Assembly: GCA_010909165.1 (NCBI GenBank)
Contig: MU008219.1
Coordinates: 172,177-236,176 of the forward strand
Direction of reading: 5' to 3'
Source of the DNA: Anthoceros angustus
Lineage: Eukaryota > Plantae > Anthocerotophyta
Length of the DNA: 64,000 nucleotides
Shown: piece after piece, positions 1 to 13,366 of the stretch
How positions within the stretch are numbered: position 1 is the stretch's first letter
How the letters are laid out: the number at the start of each line of letters is the position of its first letter
Translations under genes and position numbers: made by a program
Notes under the pieces: model-generated
The model's database searches: none
Seen by the model: the letters and a program-made list of their open reading frames with translations, nothing else
What the model was told of the DNA's origin: nothing

Positions 1-212
1 AACGTGGTTATTAAGCATCCTGCGCTTGGATCGGTACTTAGATGGGGTGCCTAAAGGGAATGGATGCCTTTGGTGCTGGTAGCTTAGGCATACCATGGTA
101 CAAGTTGTTAAGTACCAAGTCTCATGACGGAAATCCGTCCTTAGTGGACTGAAATAAAATTCTTCTTCTTTATTTTGAAGACTTATATTTTATACTTTCA
201 AATACAAGGACA

Positions 213-284
213 GGGCATTTGGTCTAGTGGTATGATTCTTGCTTAGGGTGCAAGAGGTCGCGAGTTCGATTCTCGCAATGCCCC
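213..284 (+). tRNA. tRNA-Pro (anticodon AGG)
   Basis: GGGCATTTGGTCTAGTGGTATGATTCTTGCTTAGGGTGCAAGAGGTCGCGAGTTCGATTCTCGCAATGCCCC folds as a cloverleaf: acceptor GGGCATT/AATGCCC, anticodon arm CTTGC-TTAGGGT-GCAAG, T arm GCGAG-TTCGATT-CTCGC. A/B boxes are present and a short T-run follows. Confidence 0.96.
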
Positions 285-3200
285 TTTGTGCATGGAGTTT
301 TGCAGAATTTTGTGTACATCTAGAAAGGTAGAATTTTGCAACCTGTGACCGATTGTTTACTCCGAACAAGACAACCCAAGCTCTTCATCGAGGCGTTTCG
401 TCAGCTCGTCAATTTCCTTCACGAATTCAAGTTTACAAATATTGCATCGGACAGACATCCCAAGTCAGTGCATCAAACACATCGAGATGAGCTTCTGTCA
501 CTCATTCACATCTAATGGCTGCTTGCAGGCTGAGGATTTCGTTAATAGAAGCGAAACCGTATGGGATTCAGCTTATCTCCATGAGTCTGAAGGTGCGGTA
601 GCGTCGGCCTTCAATTCTTCTGGGTCTTTGAAAGAAGAATGGGCAGCAAGCTTGCCTTGCAATTGGATTACAATCGAGGAACGATGTCGAGGCTTTGCAT
701 ACATACTGGTGCGATAAAGCTCCAGTGTGCGCTTCTCACAACGTGCTCCTGCAAGGTCTGCCACCGGGTTTACAAGTTGATCAAGGACCTTGCTTGCAAT
801 CGGAGTCCCGAGGCGCGACAACCATGACGCTGTACATCTCAGCCAAATAGGACAAGCTGTGAAACATTTCCTCCTCTCCAGCAGCTCTTCCTGCGCATGT
901 GAAGCTTGCACTTGTAGCCTCTTCCCGGCAGAGTTCCTGACAAGCGTCACAAGTGGCCTTAATAGCAACGTTTCCCTCCCAGCCGACGTCAGTCGCTGCC
1001 TTGGCCCCGGCGGCTGCTCCGGATAGTAATCTGGAACGGGAGGAAAGCTTCCTTGGAAACCGCAATCGGACGAGGCGTCCACCGCGCCTCGGTGGATGGA
1101 ATCCTCTGAGCAGATCATGCAGCGAGCAGTTGCAGTGGCGATGGTAAGGCCCGTGGTTGGAGCTGACACAATTCAAGGCGCTGGAGAAGATGGAGCCAGG
1201 ATTCACGCCTCCGGTTAGAGCCATGGCCTCCAGTACAGAGCCTCTCCAAGTACCTGATGCGCAGTGGTCACAAGGTTGCCATGCCTCCGACCACATTCGC
1301 TCACAGTGTTCCTTGCATCCTGTCCTTGAGGTGCGCTCCTGCTAAGGACGCACGTCGGGTAAACACACTTCTTGGCATCCTAAACAGGTTTCGCAATTCC
1401 GCAACGTTCCACGATCAATCCTGTGCCACACTTGTCTGCAAGCTTGATGGAGTAATTCCTGGAGTATCTTGCAGGCTGTTGCTGTTGGGAGCTGTGACGC
1501 TGCACTTCCATATAAGATGCCAGAGCTTCAGGAGCAGAGCAAGGAGCTACAGGACCGCATTCGGCTGGTGGTGGAAACGACAAAGTTCAAGGGGAGATGG
1601 AAGTGTTTCCAAGCGCGGGGAAGGCGGGAGTGGCCAACAGGTGCATTCACGGCGAGCGAAGAGACCAAGGAGAAGCCAGTTGACCACAGACGTGGCGGGG
1701 AAGCCGACAGTGCAAGACAGACAGCATGGGACAGAGAAGCGAGCTCATGCCGTCCTCGCTTCCTTGCAAGATCCAAAACGTCCATTCAAAATGGAATTTG
1801 TTCCCTAATCCGCACTCTTTCTGCTGCTGCAGCACACTCTTTGAGCCGCACAGGTTCGTCCAACTGATGCATGCACTTGCAACGGGTTGCTTGTTCGTGG
1901 GACTCGGCAGTGTGCCCCGTCACGCTCTGAGACCCCCGCCAGGTCTAGGCGCAACGACATAGATGGCGAAGCACATAAGTCCGTGCCCTTTTCCCGGGAA
2001 TTGTTTTTCTTGTGGGACAAACGCCCGTCCTTGAATGCAGTGACCTTGAAGAAGAAACCTCTGTTGCTCTCACTACATGCCGTGAGGTCACTTTAGATGC
2101 AGGGCTGATCGGCCCATGCCTCTGCCCTGCTCTCGAGGAACATCTTCTGTCCAGAGTTGCCACATCTGCGGGAATGATGAAGAATATACTAGTCTAAGCG
2201 CTGCTCTCGGGGTTGAGCTCTTCGCTGGTTCCATCTGTCACGTAGTGCATGGTTTGGAGCCTGGTCGGCAGGCATCGAAATCCGAGCTCCGGACGGGCCC
2301 GGGCGTACGCGTGCGCACAACTTAGAGGGATCTTCTGCCATCGTGTTTCCAGCTCCAGCTCGCCCGTTTCAACCGCTTTTAGGTTTTGCAGGTTAAAGAT
2401 TCATCCACCCCTGGAGCCTGGCGTTCTGTCCGTCTTCAGCTTTCAATTCCTAGCTTCCAGTGCTTTTGTGATGCTATTCTGTGTCTTACTAACAGGCCGC
2501 TGTAAGGGGCCAACTACTACCTACTAGCTCCCCTTCATATGGAGGGATGGATTTTTCATTCAGCAGAAGATGTTCTGTCTGGTAGTCTGATTCTATAGTG
2601 GTTTTCATTGCAAGCTATGAAGGTGGCGTCCATCATTCAACAGCAGTGCAATGGTATGCATGTAGTTGCGAAGGTTTCAAAACTTTGATGAAACATGACC
2701 GTGGGCAGCAGGGCTGACAGCTGCAAATTTTGATCTCTGCAGCGCTACTGAGGGGTTGAATCTCATCTCTCAGTGACATTCGAGAAGATCTTATACTTCC
2801 CTGCTGCAGCATCAGTCTGTGAGAGTCTAAAAACGTCCCCACAAACTGCAGTCAGAAGGAGAACGTAACTTAGTGAGACTGCACCATGTTTGAGGTTGAG
2901 AGTATCTTTTTTGAGGAAGGAGAAATGATGGGGCTCTAGAGGCCATCCAGCAGAGGTCTCCCTATGATGTCCTCCTTGAGGTTGAGATAGTCGACAGATG
3001 TGTCTACAGCTTATCAAGGTCATCACTTATCAGCAGAGAAGAAGCAAAAGATCAAATCTTCATTGAGAAGCAGCATCGTCTGTGGCCAGGGCTGGGCTTT
3101 GCTTCTATCGTCCTTCCATCTCATGCTGTCTCAGATGCCTTGCCTGCATTTGAAAGACGTGATTCCTTGAAGTGTGGAGGATCATTGCTGTGTTTCTATT

Positions 3201-4754
3201 GTGCTCAAGTCGCGGGCGTAACAGTTGTAAGTAGCCTCCAGATTTGCGTTTGCTCTCCTTCCCTTCCCTCACCCTTCCCTCTTTGCGGCTGTTTTGGCGG
3301 GGAGACCAAGAACTGCTGAGAAGCTAGGAAGTTGGGGGGTAGGGGAAACCCTTGATGTGACCTGGTCGACATGACCAAGTCCAGTGTCCCTTGTGACAGC
3401 TGTGACTGACTGATTCTACGAACGGCTCATCAAAGAGCACGTATGTAGCTAGTAGCCAAAAGGGTTGTTCCAGTAGTGGTCGGAGCAGTTATTGCTCCAG
3501 TCTCACCAGTATGCAAGTGGGACATACAGCTGGTGCAGTGCCTGGTACTGTGGATGTACGACAACCGTCCACATTCCCAGACCGGACCAGGTATTGCGGC
3601 GCGTATGCATGCTGGCCTTTTTATAGAGTGCAATCAGAGAGGTAAAAGGAATACATAATTGTTGGTGGCACTTTCGGGCTGGCGACAACAACGATGCCGA
3701 CAGATTTTCTTTTTGATCCCTGTAAAATTACAAATATGCATATGCATGCAAGAAAAAGAAAAGCGTAGGTATACCAAAATGGGCGCCTTCACAGAAATGG
3801 GCCTACTTCAATCACGGCCTGGCTTTTAGCCCGTTCGTGGTAGCCTGAGCACTCAGTCACCCAGCTTTGAGCCTCGAAGTTTGAGGACTTGAATACGGCG
3901 CAACTAGCAAACATCGTTGCATAGCATACCCACGGCCTTTTCCTCATCTGCCAGTGCAACATGCAGGACAGCGTTGGCACTCGGCTGGTGGAGACGGCCA
4001 AGGTGGTTCCAACAGCATTTCCTTCCGAGTTCCAGGGAGCTTGAGACCATACCGTCGCCTTGCATCAGCAATGACACGATCATTTTTCAAATATGAATGA
4101 ACATCCTGTTACATTGAATCTGTGGGTGCACCCCACAGGCCAGCGCCGCACATTGGGAATGCAGTGTCTTGTACTCCACCCCCCCCGAGTGGCTGATGCC
4201 CGGATGGCCCGGGCCGGGCCGCCTGTTACTGTAAAATATCGGCGGACGCGGTTTGTATTGGTTTAGAGGAAATTTTTTTTCATGTTCTCCTCCTCCCACA
4301 TCTCAGCGCACTGGGAATTCCTGTGTGGTTGACCTCACAGTGTTCCACCAGCTCCGTACATGTTTCGTGCCTGTGGGCACCAGGCAGTGCTGCTTCGCCT
4401 GCTGCAGAGCAAATATATTAATAGACTAAATTTTTTGTCCTGGTTGTGTCGTGCCCTGGACTTGGTAGTGAAGGTAGCTACAGGAAGAACATGAAAGCCC
4501 TGCACCCGTGTGCGCATGCGCAGCAGATATTTCGGCTTGCGTCACATTGTAGGGGCTGCATGCTTATTAGGCGTCAACGATAGTCTCCACTCAAGTTTCA
4601 GCTCTTCGAATTGATTTGAATGTGAGACATAAATTAGTGGAGGGAATGAAAATGGGTAGCTGCAGCAACTTGGCTGCTGCAGCAGTAGGAAGTAGGAAGC
4701 TTGAGATGAACGAATGGGTGTCAGCGGGAGGAAGAAGATGCGGATCCCGGGAGG

Positions 4755-6293
4755 TCACTCCCTGCGAACCAGGATGGCCACAATCGCGCACATCCTGATT
4801 TTACTGTACTGGTCGTAACTGTCGGCGGATATCTTTTCTAGGCGCTGGAACACAAGCTCCACTTCTCCCGCCTCGAGGTGGCCGTGGAGCAGTCCGGACG
4901 TGACGCTTCTTGTTTTGTTGGCCCACAGCTTGCCGAAAACCTGCGGTGTAGGCCACATCCGTTTCTTCTCCTCCGCGGGGAAGATGTCGCTTTGAGCCAC
5001 ATTGTCCAGCAAGTGAATGTCGAAGTACCCCGTCTCCTTCACCGCTGTGCGCACCTCCTGCAGGCTCCTGCTGTAAGCCGGGATGTTGAAAGTGTCCAGC
5101 TTCTCTTGCTCGATTTCTCCCTGCAGAGGCACACAAATTATTTTTAAGTCAGCAACAATATTTTTTTGCCAAGCTGTGCTGCGCCAGGGCTACGTTCTGG
5201 AATCGTTGAGAACGGCCCGAGATATTTTGGATAGACAACTGAACGATACCTCAGCAACAAGCTCCTGGAAGCTTTGCTGAAAGAGTTCGCCGGCCTCGCT
5301 CAGGCCTTGGAACTCCTCCACACCGTCGGTGAGGTCCCGACCAGTCATGCTCCGGGGCCGGTCCTTCTCCAGCCTTCCTCCGAACATGAGCACCAAAATT
5401 CCGCCTGGAACGAGCTCCTCGGCTCGGAATCGGAGGAACTGCTTCAAGTCCGCAGCCGACTGCCGCGCCACAACCTCCCGCACAGCTCCGCTGCTGCCGT
5501 CCAACCACACGCGATTCCTGTTGTAAGCATCCGAAGTCTTGTCCGTTATCGCCGCCGGAACCTGAATCTCCAAACAAACAGATCGAGATTTTGGTCAGAA
5601 CAGAATTCCGGTATCGGCCCGGACCAGACCAAAAAATTCCTCACACAGGGTACGCTGCTTGTAACCACGAGGGACCGATTCAAGCAATTGGACAGCGATG
5701 GAAATGAACGCAATCCTTACCTCCGACAGCCAATGCAGAGCAGAGAAGGAGGAGATGATGTGCATGCTCTGGGACGGGAACAGCCTCTCCTTGAAGAAGG
5801 AACCGGGAACACCTCCCGCGTAGAAAATCCTCTTGTTGCTGTTGCGACTGAAATCCTTCAAGCTGAGGTTAGATCCGGCCTGCCGCGGGGGCAATTCCTG
5901 GAACAGCGTGTTGAAGTCGTTGGACGGCAGGTCGGAGAAGAACACCTCCACCTCGGGCATCTCCACGTCGGCAATCTCGTACCTTCCCTTCACCAGATCA
6001 AGAATACTCTTCACGGCGGTGAGTGTGTTGCTTCCGGTGGCGCATCCGAGGTCCGCAACACGCAGCGCCGGCTGGCCAGGGCCAGGGGCCGGAATTTCCC
6101 GCACTTCTCGCAGCGCGGAATAGAGGACGAGCTCGCAGAAATTGAAGACGTGCGCTTGCGCCTGCGAATTTTTGGCGTAGCTGGCGTCCCCCGTCCCGCC
6201 GGACATGTTGGATTTGGCAATCTTGATGGCCTCGGCCTCGCCGCTGGTAAGAGCCGCGACCGTCATCTTGGAATTGGATTCAAATGCGCTCAA
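4755..6293 (-). CDS. SABATH-family SAM-dependent carboxyl methyltransferase (copy 1, apparently intact, 3 exons: 6293-5721, 5561-5250, 5120-4755)
   Basis: Motifs MSGGTGDASYAKNSQAQ, RVADLGCATGSNT, FFSDLPSNDFNTLF, GVPGSFFKERLFP, SFSALHWLS, FLRFRAEELVPGG and KLDTFNIPAY. GT-AG phase-0 introns join the exons in frame; TGA at 4755-4757. Confidence 0.95.
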
Positions 6294-7319
6294 ACTAGGC
6301 TAACAATGCAATGCAATGCACTCAAGATTTCTTCCTCCCTGGTGCTGCAGATCCGGGCAGGCCGGATGCAGCAGCGAAAAGCGAGGAAACTGGTGTGAGC
6401 GAGAGGCGGCGAGTAGCGTCTTGCGTCTCGAGAAGGCGAATTTTGAGACGCGGATTATGAGGCGAGAAGGAGGGAAGGAGAGCCTGGGGAGAGCCCTGCG
6501 AGGGAGACGGAAGGCGAGGAAGGCGTGGATGGAGAGATGGTTGGTCCCCCGGTCAGTGGGGCGCGCTTTAAACGGCGAAGTGGCGTACCAAGACGCAGAC
6601 CCACAGTGCTTGGCGACTTTTCTCATCATACAGCAAGGCAAGGGTGAGGGCAACCATGAACACACAGTCGAGTTGGAGACGAGGCGGATTGACCGGGCGT
6701 CAATGGGACCCGGCTGGACCCGGGCCCGGCCACATCAGGTGGGAGCAGTAGGGGACGGGACGGGGACGGAGACGGAGGCGCGGCGTAGCGGCCAGCTCAT
6801 ACGTGCTTTCATTAGGCGCACGTCGGGGGTTTGGGAAGAAAGGGTTTCCATTTTTGCGATCCGCCAGGCCTGCAGGGCGCAGCGCATCGCGCGCGCTTCC
6901 TTCCCGCGGTGCGCGGCGTGGTGTTTGCTGATTCATTGATCGAGCCTCCGATCGCGGGCGGCGCCCTGGCACGTGGACACCAGGCAGCTCATGCCAGGCA
7001 TCTCTGAGGTCAGGTCATCAAGGCTTCTTTGTTTTCCAACTTTCTCCTTTGTTTTCTTTTCTGCAGACCAGGATGCAGCGCGCGGCAGCCACACAGCGGC
7101 TGCCTCTGTCAGTGGCGACAGCTGCGTAGGCGGAGTCAGACCGTTTCCCTCGGTTTTCCCTCCCCTACCTCATCACGCAGGCTTTGGATTGCAGGCTCCC
7201 TTGCTCGCACGTGATCAATGCAGGCAGGGCCCGGCCACCTCCCGCCGATGCTAGTTGACGAGCAGTCGGCAATGTGTCTACTGTTATTACTGTGTTACGG
7301 CATCCGGAATCCGGATCAT

Positions 7320-7500
7320 TGTGTTCACACGCATCTGCATTCTACAATTTACCGGCGCTATTCCCGAGCTACACTATGTCTCCGTCCTCCAACGAGCTGC
7401 ATTTTCCGGCGCTATATTGCCGAGCTACCCTACTATGACAGGACTATCCGCTTCACACGCATCTGCACTGGCCGCCGCATTGCTGATGAACTACTACGAC
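7320..7500 (+). pseudogene. Possible degenerate plant LRR fragment
   Basis: Frame reads QFTGAIPELHYVSVLQRAAFSGAILPSYPTMTGL, with two F-x-G-A-I units reminiscent of plant LRRs; underlying short nucleotide repeats. No complete gene is evident. Confidence 0.2.
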
Positions 7501-8184
7501 ATACAGGTCTGCCTTTCAGGCTCCGGGCCGGTTTAGACGCATCTACCTCCTCGATTCGGCGTCAAGCCTGTAATAGCGAAAAGGACATACAAGCCTTCAT
7601 CAGGTGGAAAGCTCCTTTCCCGAGAAGAATTCTCTATTCCAGGGTTCTTCTCTGTTTCCTTGCGGTGACAACTCTCACAGGTCCTTGCGGCTGGAAATCC
7701 CCTTCGGCCTCGTCCTGGAGACCAAAGTCAAGTGTGGAGTATCTTGCAAATACTTGTTGGACCTGGCCCCTGGGCTCCTGGCCGCGCGGGCTACATGTAC
7801 GTACTCCAGTCATTGCCTGATGAGCAACCAAGCCTCCCAGCCTCCAAGTACTGCCTCCCTCCGATTGTCCCGTCCCCACACTCGGCAAAATTAATGGACA
7901 CGTTTTGCCTTGCATGCTGCCAAGCCAGTGCGAGCAGCCGACCGTCAGCGCGTTTCACTGCTCAGAGCCGAATAATGCAAATTCGGCTCAGAATTTCCCT
8001 TTCCCTTTTCCAGTTGTTAATACTCAACAGTGACTGGTACACGCCGCATCTAGAAAGCTTGATAATATCGTAAATCTCTCCAAACACGGAGAATGTACAC
8101 TGTACTGTACCCGACTTGACCCTTTCCACAGCTCCAACCATTTATTTCTCACCGTCGGACACATGTAACAGGTCATGACTTTTA

Positions 8185-8500
8185 TGTATATTATGATATA
8201 TACATGATATCTAGGATAATATATTATAAATTATATTACTAAATATATATATAATTATATATATGAAATATGTATATTATTATTCAAATCCAGATTTGTG
8301 AAAAGTCAAGTCCCAAGTATAGGATTGCAGACCTTTTACCTTCTAGCATTATGAATAATAATCAGAAATTAAATTTGAGTACTTAATAAATTACATAATA
8401 TCATTAATTTATAATTTTATTTTAATATAAAAATCTGTAGGTCATTTATAATACCAAGATAGTTCTATTTGGCCTTGATGAAATTGATAAAAAAAGTCCA
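8185..8500. repeat. AT-rich low-complexity tract
   Basis: TA/ATT-rich sequence contrasting with the GC-rich flanks. Confidence 0.7.
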
Positions 8501-9873
8501 TAAGATTTATATTGAATCATCTAAAATTGAAACCAAAATGGTTGATTTAAGATGGTGGTCTTTTGCCGATGTGCTCTGTTGGACTTTTGGTTCCTAAGTT
8601 CTCCTGGTTATGTGCACATTCTGCTGGGTTGTACACTATGGCATACCAAAGGGGACAGAGGGGATGGGACATTTTTTTTTTCGCGAAACCCATGCAAGGC
8701 GTAGGAATCTTGAGGAATATACCCTAGATTCCAGTACGGTTTCTTTTCACAAAGATGTGGTCGATGGTCGCTTGGCGCCCTAACCAAGAGCGGCCAAGCA
8801 CCAAAGGGGACACACACTATGTCCTCGAAACGGGTGTCTTTGAAAAATTTTCAATGCTTTCACCTTTGAAAACAAAGAGACGGGACACTATGTTTTCGAA
8901 TGTTTCCGCACTACCTTGTGCCATTAAGTTTTCTTCGATGGCATCCAATGGCCGCCAAACCCTAACCTGGCCGTTGCGCCGGCCGCTCCATCTGCTTGAC
9001 AAACCCTACTCAGCCGCTGGCATGGGTTTCGCATGCAATGACGGCCACGGCGGGCGCCATGGTTTTATAACCATGCATGTGCCCATGGCCGTGTCCCCGT
9101 CTTCGCAGCTATGGACTTTGCGACCCTGTATTCCTTAAGGAACCCGCGATGTTGGAAACAATGAGAACCACGATCCTCTTTCAAACAAGAAGAAGCACGA
9201 TCCGGCTCGAAACAGAAGAGGGATGGCCATGAATATGAAAGCCGCCTTCAACCTTCATGTAGGGCCTTGAGGAGGCGGCAAACCTCTCATTACAGATGGG
9301 TGCACTAAACATCGTGCATAGAAGGAAAATCCCCACATCATGCCCAAGACCTTCAACAAAAACATGATTGCAGCCCTTCCATACTACCAAGTCCGCTATA
9401 CATATAGACCTTTCAATTTACTGCACCTAGCCGTCAACCGATCCCAAGCTGCATCCTTTGGCAAAGCCCGACTTGGGCTTGCACCATCTCCACCAATGAC
9501 GAGGTCGTGAATGCTGTGATCAAGAGGAGAAGGGCCGTAAATGGTACGTCAAAGGATCACGCCAATCCCATGCATGAGAAAGGCTCATGAGTGGTTTAGG
9601 AGCAACCTTAGCATACCGAAATGATAGCTCACGAAACATGCCGACACCCAATGAATACATGCCTCACAACCGCATTTGACATCCAGAGGCAAGTTAGCTC
9701 ACGATTGACAGGGCTCCAAACACAAATCGACCTATTACCTTGCACACACTCGCATGCTGCTGGTCATACAGAAAAGCCAACTCCTCGCTGTCATGTACCA
9801 TGAAGGCCAAACGGCAGCACCACATATTGCAGCATCAGTAGCCATCAGGCATGGCAACCTGGCAACCTTGCAA

Positions 9874-12800
9874 CCTTCCAGCAACTGTAGTAATTAGGCA
9901 GACCACCACCACCACCGCCGTCTACCCAACAACCTTGCCAAGAATGTTTACGCTGCGTGCAAAGAGCCAAAATTCACAGCGAAGGGGTGCCATTCCATTG
10001 ATAAAAAAAGGATGTCCACCGCACATCGAAAATTGCAGCTAGCATCAAACCCTATCTCCATCAAGGCCTTCCTACGGCGCATGCTTTGGCCCCTATGCAA
10101 AACCAAAAGCGCTGGCCGATGCATCTCTCAAGATAAGGATGACGACGCCTACTTCTCGTCAGTCCATACGCTTGATCATCCGGAGTCTTAATTGTGCTCT
10201 CAATGGCCTCGACGGCCGAGCATTCCGCTGCTCATCGCCCTCTGTCTCCGGCCGGCCACATCCCCGCCTCAGCAGCCCGCGGCCCCGCATTGGGCTGGAG
10301 GCACCCGCCTTGGCTGCCATGTTCCACTGACACCGTGTCCGACCGAGTCGCGCTTCCTCCCCCTTGTGCTCGCCCTCCGCGGAGTTGGGGTCGGAGTTGC
10401 ACTCCGCTCTCCTTCTTCTTCCGACATGGCCTCCGCTCCGCCACCGTCAGCTGCCGTTGCACAAGGGCGGCGGGATTGGACTCGTGGGTGGTTTTGGTGC
10501 GTGCACGGGATGGAACCATGCCAGAAGTGGAGGATGCCCCGGATGAGAGGTGGGCAATGCAGATTGTGGACGAGGAGGGGTTGCAGCACATGCACCGAGG
10601 ATACCAATTCCAAAGACATGGACGCTGCTTTCAATTGCGGAGGCTGAGGAACAAGGAGCCCAAAGAACGCAACATTGGTGGGTTGGTGCGGGTCCAACGC
10701 GAAGGACAAGGGATGCGAAGGCGATGGAGCCGGGCCGCCTTAAAATGCATGCAATGGTGGTGTGGTAAGGCCGGCGCAACTAAGTCATGCTGTGCTTGGT
10801 GACGATGGTCACTGTGTACGTGGCTGGGTTCAATCTCGGCAGCCACGTGTACCATGCGACGGCCGTGGACACGGCGCTCGCATCAGAATCGCGGAGTGCC
10901 ATGCATGCTACAGCGAAAAGGAGCATGCGCGCAGAATCGCAAAGGCGATGGCCGGGTCATGCGAGTGGGGATGCAACACTGGTGCATATCGTAACGGACC
11001 GCCCTCGACGCTTCCGACATATGTGTGGACCGGCAATGGGACTACATGGGCATGTTGGCGATGGCTCGCAAGAATCGGAGGCTGATGACAATTGTTCACA
11101 GGCAGAGGCGATTTACGGGTGCCGCCGGCCTGCGGCAATGTCATTGCCGCTTTCCCGGACAACGAGGATGCGATGTTGTACCGGAGAAGGTCAGAGCTTT
11201 TGTCGAAGAGGAGGCATTGCAGTCGCTCACGCCATCCTCGAGCACCGCCAAAGATATGGGAGCCCAAATTCCGAGTGTTGGGGGCCGCTTGCAACAAAGA
11301 GTCTCGTGTTTCTGTTCAACGTGCACACACTAGCGTGGCTATTCAGAGACTTGTGGGGTGGAAAGGCGTAGGAATAATGGTGGGGTGAGGATATTTGAGG
11401 AAACATTGTATCGTGGATTTGTGGAACCACCGCGCCTGTGGTCCGTAGATGAGATACTACTCTTACCTCCACGTTCTTGCCCTTCCGCCAAGGAGTTCCG
11501 CGTTGGCCTCCCTCGATGGCCCTCCTGACTTCCCCGCCGATACTTGGGTTGTCTTTTAACAAGCGCCTAAGGGACACCAAGTGTTGTTGGTCCATCATCA
11601 AGTCGGCCACCTTGAAAGGCGCGGTGGCTCCTGCCACACGCCGCCTTGACCCTTCCAGCAATCGTAGTAATTGGACCACCACCACCACCGCCGTCACCCA
11701 ACAACCTTGTTAAGAATGTTTACGCGTGCAAGAGCCAAAATTCACGTAAGGTGCCATTCCATTGATAAAAAAGGATGTCCACAGCATCGTGAAATTGCAG
11801 CTAGCATCAAACCCTATCTCCATCACTGCGTTCCTACGGCGCATGCTTTGGCCCCTATGCAAAACCAAAAGCGCTGATGCATCTCTCGGCCTGAGGATAG
11901 CGACGCGCCGCTACTTCTCCTCGTCGTCCATACGCTTGATCATCTGCTGAGTCTGTGCTCTCAATGGCCTCGGATGCATTCTCATCGCCCTCTGTCTCCG
12001 GCCACATCCCCGCGCCCGGGCAGTCGCGGGCATTGGGCTCGGAGGCACCCGCCTTGGCTGCCATGTTCCACTGACACCGTGTCCGACTCTAGTCGCGCCT
12101 TCCTCCCCTTGTGCTCGCCCTCCGCGGAGTTGGGGTCGGGTTGCACTCCCTCTCCTTCTTCTTCCGACATGGCTTCCATACCGCCCGTGCACAAGGGCGG
12201 CGGGATTGGACTCGTGGGTGGTTTTGGTGCGTGCGGGATGGAACCATGCCGTGGAGGATGCCCCGGATGAGAGGTGGGCAATGCATTGTGGGCGAGGAGG
12301 GGTTGCGACACATGCCAGGGATACCAATTCAGCATGGACGCTGCTTTCAATTGCGGAGGCCGAACAAGGAGCCCAAAGAACGCAACATTGGTGGGTTGGT
12401 GCGGGTCCAACGCTGAAGGACAAGGGATGCAGGCGATGGGTGGCCGCCTCGTTTAGAAACGAGGCCGCAATGGTGGTGTGGTAAGGCCGATCTAAGTCAT
12501 GCCGTGCTTGGTGACGATGGTCACTGTGTACGTGGGCGGGTTCAATCTCGGCAACCCATGTACCATGCGCGATCGTGGACCGATACCGCCGACGCAAGTG
12601 CCATGCATGCTACTGCGAAAGGAGCATGCGCGCGAGCTCACAAAAGGCGATGCTGGCGATGAGTGGGGATGCAACACTGGTGCATATCGTAACGGACCGT
12701 CCTCGCAGTTTCCGCATATGTGTGGTGACCGGCAATGGGACTACATGGGCATGTTGGCGATGGCTGCGTAATCGGCAGGGGCATGATGACAATTGCCAGC

Positions 12801-13366
12801 GCGAGGCGGCGACGGTGCGCTGATGCGGCAATGTCGATTGCCGCTTTCTGGACAACGAGGATGCGATGTTGTACCGGAGAAGGTGAGCTTCTTTGGCCGA
12901 AGAGGAGGCATTGCGTCGCTCACGCCATCCTCGAAAATTCGCGCGATGAGCCCGAAATTCCGAGTGTTGGGGGGCTGCTTGCAACAAAGAGTCTCGTGTT
13001 TCTGTTCAACGTGCACACACTAGCGTGGCCTATTACCGTAGACTTGTGGGGTGGAAAGGCGTAGGAATAATGGTGGGGTGAGGATATTTGAGGAAACATT
13101 GTATCGTGGATTTGTGGAACCACTGGCGCCCCAGGGTCCGTATGAGATACTACTCTTACCTCCACGTTCTTGCCCTTCCGGGCCAAGGAGTTCCGGCGTG
13201 GTTGCGTCTCCCTGATGGCCCTCCGGACTTCCTGCCGATACTTCGGGTTGTCTTTTAACAACTGCCTAAGGGACACCAAGTGTTGTTGGTCCATCATCAA
13301 GTCGGCCACCTTGAAAGGCGCGGGTGGTTCCTTTCTGCGTCACGCGTCCGCCTTGACCCTTCCAGC
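9874..13366. repeat. ~1.75 kb direct tandem duplication (units ~9874-11650 and ~11651-13366)
   Basis: Long co-linear similarity between the units; CCTTCCAGC at 9874, 11651 and 13358 marks the junctions; differences include many 1-3 nt indels. Confidence 0.9.

Noticed and set aside
400-3300. Overlapping ORFs and exon-like segments next to the tRNA
   Set aside because: Some coiled-coil-like peptide is present on the minus strand, but there is no recognisable family or consistent splice model; left unannotated.
5274-6398. 374-aa plus-strand ORF
   Set aside because: Antisense shadow of SABATH copy 1 in GC-rich sequence.
10150-11400. Possible TET/JBP or 2OG-oxygenase gene in the duplicated element
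   Set aside because: No HxD...H...R motif set could be assembled in any frame.
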